Source: Acidimicrobiales bacterium (GTDB lineage Bacteria; Actinomycetota; Acidimicrobiia; Acidimicrobiales; VFJN01). From it: DNA of 31,243 nucleotides. The stretch covers positions 1-31,243 of the forward strand of contig JBDSUN010000064.1 in the NCBI GenBank assembly GCA_039927735.1, in the 5' to 3' direction. A model generated the notes under the pieces. It was not told where the DNA came from. It did not search any database and saw only the letters and a list, made by a program, of their open reading frames with translations. Numbering within the stretch: the first letter of the stretch is position 1; each line of letters opens with the position of its first letter. The position numbers and the translations under genes are program-made. This document shows, piece after piece, positions 23,648 to 31,243 of the stretch.

Positions 23648-24904
23648 TCAGCCGGCTTCGGGGACGCCCCAAGGGCGGACGTCGCCGCTGGCCCGGCGCT
23701 GCACCTCGCCCTCGCCGTCGCCGAGGGCGAAGGGGAGCTCGGGCCCGTCGCGGTGGGCCCGCAGGGCTTCGATGCGATCGAGCTGTCGGTCGAGCTGCCG
23801 GCGCCGAGGCCCGGTGACCTCCTCGAGGCCACGTTGGGCGGTGTCGAACTTCCGCACCACCCCGTCGAGCGACTCCGAGAACTTGGTCCACTCCTTGCCG
23901 AAGCCGGCCAGGCACTCGAGGATCTCGTTGCTCGTGCGGGTGAGCTGCGTCTGCTCCACCGCCTGGCGGATCACGGCCAGCACCGCGAACAGGCTCACCG
24001 GCGAGCAGAGCACCACCTTCTGACGGAGGGCGACGTCGATCAGCTGCGGATCCCGCTCGTGGATGAAGGCCCACACGCTCTCGTTCGGGATGAAGAGGAG
24101 CACCTCGTCGAGGGTGGCGTCGGCATCGATGTACCCCGAACGGGCCGACAGCTCCTTCACCCGCGCGCGCACGTCACGCAGGAAGGCCTTGGCGTGCGTC
24201 TCCCGCTCCGCAACGCTCCCGGCTTCGAGGTGGCGGAGGTAGTTGTCGACCGGGAACTTCACATCCATGTGGAGCACGCGACCACCGGGCAGCAGGAACG
24301 TCACGTCGGGGATGGCGCCGCCGGCGATGCCCGTCTGCTTCTTGTAGGTGACGCCTTCCACCATGCCGGCGAGGCGCAGCACGTCGTCGGCCATGCGCTC
24401 GCCCCACTGGCCGCGCGCCTTGGGGCTGGCGAGGGCCTCCCGCAGGTGGCCGGTGGTCTCGGCCAGCGCCCGGGTGGACGACGTGGCCTCCTTGAGGCCC
24501 GACAGCAGCTGGCCATGCTGCTGGGCGCCGTCCTTCTGCAGGGCACCGACCACGTCGCCGAGCCGCTCGAGCTGGCTGGTGAGGCCTTCGACCCGCTTCT
24601 CGAAGGCCGTGGTGCGCAGATCGAGCTGGCGGGTGCCGCTCGACATCGAGTCGCCCAGCTTCTCCCCCGCCATCCGGGCGGCCATGTCGGCCGCCGAGCG
24701 CACCGTGTGCTCCCGCTCCATGCCCAGCCGGGCCTCGAGCTGGACGGCCTGCTGCGCCAGCGCCACGGCCTGCTGCTCGAGGGCGGCAGCCATCCGCTCG
24801 TCGGCCATCGCCCCACTGGAGCGGGCGGCCCGGGAGCCGATGACGTAGGCGAGAGCGAGGACGGCAGCCACCCCGAGGGCAGCGAGGAGGATCGTGATGA
24901 CCAT
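23648..24904 (-). CDS. rmuC: DNA recombination protein RmuC
   Basis: N-terminal TM, coiled coil, KARGQWGE, PD...DVKFP nuclease motif and LFIPNE. Confidence 0.92.
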   Translation of the reverse strand: MVITILLAALGVAAVLALAYVIGSRAARSSGAMADERMAAALEQQAVALAQQAVQLEARLGMEREHTVRSAADMAARMAGEKLGDSMSSGTRQLDLRTTAFEKRVEGLTSQLERLGDVVGALQKDGAQQHGQLLSGLKEATSSTRALAETTGHLREALASPKARGQWGERMADDVLRLAGMVEGVTYKKQTGIAGGAIPDVTFLLPGGRVLHMDVKFPVDNYLRHLEAGSVAERETHAKAFLRDVRARVKELSARSGYIDADATLDEVLLFIPNESVWAFIHERDPQLIDVALRQKVVLCSPVSLFAVLAVIRQAVEQTQLTRTSNEILECLAGFGKEWTKFSESLDGVVRKFDTAQRGLEEVTGPRRRQLDRQLDRIEALRAHRDGPELPFALGDGEGEVQRRASGDVRPWGVPEAG

Positions 24905-24910
24905 GCCAAG

Positions 24911-24933
24911 AGTGTGCGCAGGGGGTGTGACAA
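24911..24933 (-). promoter_or_regulatory. RecA-NDp/PafBC-like promoter motif tTGTCAC-N10-CACACT, 6 nt before the rmuC ATG
   Basis: Geometry matches the mycobacterial TGTCRG-N10-TANNNT motif, with two mismatches. Confidence 0.5.
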
Positions 24934-24986
24934 CGGCCGCGGATGCCGGCGAACACCCTGGTCAGCGCCGAATAGCCTGCTCGGCG

Positions 24987-26099
24987 ATGAGCACCTGGAT
25001 CCTGCGCACGGACGCGCCCGGCACCGGCCCCCGAGTGGCCATCAAGGACCTCATCGACCTCGCCGGCACGCCCACCACCGTCGGCAGCGCAGTCGTGGCC
25101 GCCACCGCCGAGCCTGCCACCGTCGACGCCGCCTGCATGGCGTCCCTGCGAGCCGCCGACGTGGCCATCGTGGGCAAGACGAACCTGCACGAGCTGGCCT
25201 GCGGCGGCACAGGCGTGAACCCGCACTTCGGCACACCGGTCAACCCTCTCGATCCAGCTTGCATCCCGGGCGGCAGCTCCAGCGGCAACGCGGTGGCGCT
25301 GGCGAGCGGCGAGGTCGAGATCGCCATCGGCAGCGACACGGCCGGGTCCATCCGCACGCCGTCGGCCTGCTGCGGCACGGTCGGCCTGAAGACCACATGG
25401 GGCCGCATCCCGCTGGAGGGCGTCTGGCCCTTGGCCCCGTCGCTCGACACGATCGGCCCGATGGCGCGCGACGTGGCCGGCGTGATCGAGGGGATGGCGC
25501 TCCTGGAGCCCGGCTTCGCCGCGGCCGCCATGGCGACCCCCGTGCTCGGACGGGTGCGGGTGCCCGACGTCGATCCCGCCATCGACGCCGCCGTCGACGC
25601 CGCCCTGGCCGCCTCGGAGCTGGAGGTGGTCGACGTCGTCCTCCCCGGCTGGGATGCCGCCCTCGGGGCCGGGTGGGCGATCATGTTCCACGAGCTCTGG
25701 CAGGTCGACGGCCACCTCTACGAGCTCGACCCGGACGGCCTCGGTGCTGACCTGGTGGAGCGCCTCCAGCAGGGCGCCGCCGTCACGCCGGCTGCCTACG
25801 ACGCCGGCCGGGACCACCGACCGGGCTGGCGCGCCGAGCTGGCCACCGCCTTCGACCGGGCGCCGGTGCTCGTCTGGCCCACCCTCGCCATGTTCCCGCC
25901 CCGACTCGACGAGCCGGTGCCCAACACGCGTCGCACCAACCTCGTCGTCAACCATGCCGGCCACCCGAGCCTGGCCCTGCCCGTGCCGGCGCCCGGACGC
26001 CGCTGCCCGGCCAGCCTCCAGGTCGTCGGCCCCGACGACAGCGAAGCCCTGCTCTGTGCGACGGGCCTCGTGATCGAAGCCGCCGCCCGAACCCTCTGA
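24987..26099 (+). CDS. Amidase signature family enzyme (short form)
   Basis: AIKDLID (catalytic Lys), GKTNLHE, PGGSSSG and GSDTAGSIRTP. TAGCCT-N8-ATG start. Confidence 0.92.
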   Translation: MSTWILRTDAPGTGPRVAIKDLIDLAGTPTTVGSAVVAATAEPATVDAACMASLRAADVAIVGKTNLHELACGGTGVNPHFGTPVNPLDPACIPGGSSSGNAVALASGEVEIAIGSDTAGSIRTPSACCGTVGLKTTWGRIPLEGVWPLAPSLDTIGPMARDVAGVIEGMALLEPGFAAAAMATPVLGRVRVPDVDPAIDAAVDAALAASELEVVDVVLPGWDAALGAGWAIMFHELWQVDGHLYELDPDGLGADLVERLQQGAAVTPAAYDAGRDHRPGWRAELATAFDRAPVLVWPTLAMFPPRLDEPVPNTRRTNLVVNHAGHPSLALPVPAPGRRCPASLQVVGPDDSEALLCATGLVIEAAARTL

Positions 26100-26158
26100 C
26101 CACCTCGATCGGTGGGCCGAACACCCTGGCGGTGCTCAGCGCCCCAGATCTGGTGAGG

Positions 26159-26312
26159 TCAGGGGAGGTCGACGTACGGGTCCAGGAACGCTCGTGCGGA
26201 CGGGCTGTCCATGCGGTAGGCGACGTTGGTGGCGTAGCAGGGGCCGTCCCCGGTGATGGTGGTGCCCGCCAGCAGCTCCACTCCGCCGATGGTGGCGAAC
26301 GGGCTTGCGCAT
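26159..26312 (-). pseudogene. Probable small protein gene (~50 aa) interrupted by a +1 frameshift after codon 4; alternatively a 40-aa ORF from GTG 26281
   Basis: 43 of 46 codons in frame 26299..26162 end in G/C. TAGCAT-N6-ATG at 26312 is one base out of frame. Confidence 0.5.
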
Positions 26313-26351
26313 CAGCCGATGCTACGCCCATCGCCGATACGGTCGACCCTC

Positions 26352-26783
26352 GTGGCACGCATCCGGGTGAGCACCATCGTCGACGCCTCGCCGGCCGAGG
26401 TGTGGGCCGACGTGCAGGACATCAGCAGCCACGTCGAGTGGATGGCCGACGCCACCGCCATCCGGTTCCTGGGCGACCAGACCTCTGGTGCCGGCACCCG
26501 CTTCGAGTGCGACACCAAGGTGGGGCCGATCACCCTCACCGACATCATGGAGATCACCGAGTGGGTGCCCGGGAAGGTGATGGGCGTGCGCCACTCGGGC
26601 GTGGTCACCGGCACCGGCAAGTTCACCCTGAAGAAGGCCAGCCGCGGTCGCACCCAGTTCCAGTGGCGCGAGAAGCTCGTCTACCCCTTGTGGATGGGCG
26701 GCCCGGTCGGCGCCTTCCTCAGCAAGCCGGTGCTCCGGTGGATCTGGCGCCGCAACCTCAGCCGGTTGGCCCAGCGCTTCTGA
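26352..26783 (+). CDS. SRPBCC/polyketide cyclase (START-like) family protein
   Basis: IVDASPAEVWADVQD...EWM, GTRF, ITEWVPG and W-E pattern. Start trimmed to GTG 26352. Confidence 0.85.
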   Translation: MARIRVSTIVDASPAEVWADVQDISSHVEWMADATAIRFLGDQTSGAGTRFECDTKVGPITLTDIMEITEWVPGKVMGVRHSGVVTGTGKFTLKKASRGRTQFQWREKLVYPLWMGGPVGAFLSKPVLRWIWRRNLSRLAQRF

Positions 26784-26810
26784 GGAGCTCGCCAGCGCGA
26801 TGATGCCGGG

Positions 26811-27152
26811 ATGGCCGACGCCCTGCAGGAGTACATCGACGCCATCGCTCCCGAGCACCGGCCGTTGTTCGACCGCGTGCACCACCTGATCAAGGAAGCG
26901 CACCCCGACGCCCGCATGGTCCTGTCCTACAAGATGCCCACCTACGAGGTCGGCAGCTTCCGCCTCTACGTCGGGGTCTGGAAGCACGGCCTCTCGCTCT
27001 ACGGCTGGGAGCAGGACCGAAACGCCGGCTTCACCACGCGCCACCCTGAGCTCGTGACCAACAAGGGGACGATCCGGCTCCGCCCTGCCGACGCCGCCGA
27101 GCTACCCGACCACGAGCTGCGCGACCTGGTCGCCGCCGCCCTCGGCGGCTGA
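26811..27152 (+). CDS. DUF1801 (YdhG-like) protein
   Basis: EYIDAI, LIKEAHPDA, LSYKMPTY, WKHGLSLY and KGTIR. Confidence 0.85.
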   Translation: MADALQEYIDAIAPEHRPLFDRVHHLIKEAHPDARMVLSYKMPTYEVGSFRLYVGVWKHGLSLYGWEQDRNAGFTTRHPELVTNKGTIRLRPADAAELPDHELRDLVAAALGG

Positions 27153-27162
27153 CGGGCCCGCG

Positions 27163-27990
27163 TCAGGCGATGAGCAAGGCGGAGCCGCCCACCACGACGC
27201 CCATGGCGATGACGGCGCCGAGGATGAGGGAGGGGTCCTTGAGGTAGCGGGGGCCGAGGTCGACGAGGAGCCAGCCGGCCAGGAACCCGCCGATGAGCCC
27301 GCCGACGTGCCCACCCACCGAGATGTACTGCGACAGGGTGAAGGTGATCACCAGGTTCAGGACGATGGTGCCGCCGAGCCCTGTCGACATGACGTCGATG
27401 CCCCGCTGGCGCAGGGTGGCGACGGCGGCGCCCATCAGCCCGAACACCGCACCCGAGGCTCCCACGGTGAGCCTGTCGGGGCTGAGGATCATCACGCCGA
27501 GCGAGCCGCTGAGCATGGCGACGAAGTAGACGGTCGTGAAGCGCAGGCGACCGAGGGCTCCCTCCAGGAGCTGGCCGAGCTGGTAGAGCACGAACATGTT
27601 GAAGCCAAGGTGCAGCAGCCCGGAGTGCAGGAACCCGGAGGTGACTATCCGGTACCACTCCCCGTTGGCCACACCAATCCGCTCGCCGCCGCCCAAGAAG
27701 CCATCGGCGATGAGGCCGCCGTCCAGCACGAGCTGGTCGCCCTGCATGCTCATCCCGACCAGGGCCACGGCCACGTTGAGGCCGATGAGCACCTGGGTGA
27801 CGATGGGGCGGGTGACGAGGTCGCGCGGCCGGACGATCTTCTGGGCGCCCGACTTGGTGCACTCGGGGCAGTGGAAGCCCACCGAGGCCTGCCGCATGCA
27901 GTCCGGGCAGATGGGCCGGTCGCATCGCTGGCACACGACGCCGGCGCGCCGATCACCGTGCCGGTAGCAGGTCTGGATCTGGGTGCTCAC
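27163..27990 (-). CDS. Rhomboid intramembrane serine protease with N-terminal B-box-like Zn finger
   Basis: CYRH...CQRC...IC..C...VGFHCPEC, WYR, HLGFNM, GASG (Ser) and HVGG (His). TAGAAT box upstream. Confidence 0.94.
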   Translation of the reverse strand: MSTQIQTCYRHGDRRAGVVCQRCDRPICPDCMRQASVGFHCPECTKSGAQKIVRPRDLVTRPIVTQVLIGLNVAVALVGMSMQGDQLVLDGGLIADGFLGGGERIGVANGEWYRIVTSGFLHSGLLHLGFNMFVLYQLGQLLEGALGRLRFTTVYFVAMLSGSLGVMILSPDRLTVGASGAVFGLMGAAVATLRQRGIDVMSTGLGGTIVLNLVITFTLSQYISVGGHVGGLIGGFLAGWLLVDLGPRYLKDPSLILGAVIAMGVVVGGSALLIA

Positions 27991-28044
27991 GATGGCGGAT
28001 TCTACCGGTGAGTCGGGTGGCTTCCCCGGCAGGTGACGGCGGTC

Positions 28045-29423
28045 TCAGCGGTGGAGCGGCAGCACCTGGTCGTGCCACAGCCGGCGACCATCGCCCGCGG
28101 ACGGATCGTTGGAGTGCGCCTCGGCCAGCGTCTCGAGGAAGGCGTCGACCGGTGGCTCCTCCCCGAGCTGCTCGTAGAGGTCGATGGCGCGCGCGGCGTA
28201 GCGCAGCACCTGCACGGTCTCGGTGCCGGCGAGGTCGTTGAAGAACCATCCGCAGGAGGTGTACATGAGCAGTGCGTTGCGCTGGGCGTCGAGGAGCACC
28301 CCGGCCTCGTGCCCGTCGCCGACGATGTGCTCGGCGGCGAAGTCATCCCAGGTGCGGGCGCCGAGCAGCAGGCTGAGGTAGTCGTCGCGCGCCGCCCACG
28401 GGTCGCGCAGGAGGGTCACCCCCCGTCGATCCATCACGTCGATGCCCCAGTCGCGGAGCAGGTCGAGCGCCTGGCGGAGCGGCCCGCGCCATCGTTGGTG
28501 CCAGCCGTCGTGACCGCCGGTGTGGCAGCCGCAGTCGTCCATCCAGCGGCCAACGCCATGGGCGCAGGACCACGCGCTCGTGCGCACCCGAGCTTGGCGA
28601 GTGGGCGGATCCTGGTCGAGCACGTCGCGCAGGCGAGGCACCCGCACGCCGCGCGCCGGGGCCTCGACCGTGAGGGCATCGGCCAGCACCTCGTCGGCGC
28701 CGTGGTGGTGGTGACCGAAGGTCTCGCCGTCGGTGGCCGCCACCGTCAGCCCTCCGTTGGCGACCGCCGCATCGACGATGGCTTCGCTCGAAGGCCCACC
28801 GAAGGCGAGACGGTGAGCGAGGTCGCCGTCGTAGACGACGAGGTCCACGCCGCGACCGGAGCCGTCCGGGTGGCACCAGCGCACCACGTCCGATCCCGGG
28901 CTCGCCCCGAGGTCGGTCCACCCTCCCCCAGCGCCGAGCGGACGGGTGGCGGTCACCTGGCCAGGAGCCAAGATGGTGAAGCCGATCCCCGCGTCGGCCA
29001 GTGCCTCGAGGGTGGCGTCGTCGACGGCCGTCTCCGGCAGCCACATCCCGTCGGGCCGACGGCCGAACCGGTGCTCGAAGTCGGTGATGCCCCAGCGGAC
29101 GTGGGTGCGCAGGTCGAGCTCGTTGCACAGCGGGAGGATGGCGTGCCCGTAGGCCTGGGCGATGGCCCGGCCCGTCCGGTGGTCTGCCTCCACGATGCGC
29201 TCGTACACGTCGACGTGGTGCGCCTCCAACCACGACAGCAGGGTGGGGCCGACGTCGAAGGAGAGGTGCTCGAAGGTGCCCCGCTCGGCGTTGGGCCGAT
29301 AGCACTCCGCTGTTATCCGCTCGTTCCAGTCGTGGAAGGGCGCCGCCGCCGGCTGCTCGGGCACCTCCCCCGTCCAGGGGTCCTCGCGGGGCGGTTGGTA
29401 GAAGTGGCCGTGGACGACCAGCA

Positions 29424-29424
<1 letters not shown>
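28045..29424 (-). CDS. Glycoside hydrolase family 57, DUF3536-type (459 aa)
   Basis: HGHFYQPPRE.PW, WNERITAECYRPN, GMWLPET (nucleophile), ATDGETFGHH (acid/base) and MYTSCGWFF. TGATG overlap with glgB. Confidence 0.88.

Positions 29425-31243
<1,819 letters not shown>

Noticed and set aside
26159-26653. Selenoprotein by TGA read-through (…SIG-TGA-TGC…) joining ORF 26312..26653 to the small ORF
   Set aside because: The upstream part is the antisense shadow of the SRPBCC gene, and no SECIS-like hairpin is evident.

Overview
High-GC actinobacterial core-genome region. Gene content and style suggest class Acidimicrobiia (inference). The conserved backbone tatD-rpf-rsmA-ispE ... tRNA-Gln-glmU-prs-rplY-pth ... 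mfd (5' end) lies entirely on the minus strand. It is interleaved with accessory genes: a nucleotide-sugar dehydrogenase, an alpha/beta hydrolase, a PP2C phosphatase, an ABC-2 transporter, an ECF sigma/anti-sigma pair, an MFS transporter, a crotonase, a heterodimeric ABC exporter, rmuC, an amidase, SRPBCC, DUF1801 and a rhomboid protease. The window ends in a glgB (partial)-GH57 pair. Genes not called as such in the ORF track are the mfd 5' end, tRNA-Gln(TTG), ribosomal protein bS22 and a probable small frameshifted ORF. I found no CRISPR array, integrase or transposase. The most notable observations are: (1) a cleanly truncated GlmU lacking its acetyltransferase active site, which implies an unidentified route to GlcNAc-1-P; (2) two covarying 45-nt intergenic hairpins of identical geometry; (3) a hidden ~50-codon ORF with a +1 frameshift; (4) an anti-sigma factor with an unrecognised duplicated Cys-paired domain; (5) pervasive leaderless-type promoters, including a PafBC-like motif at rmuC.
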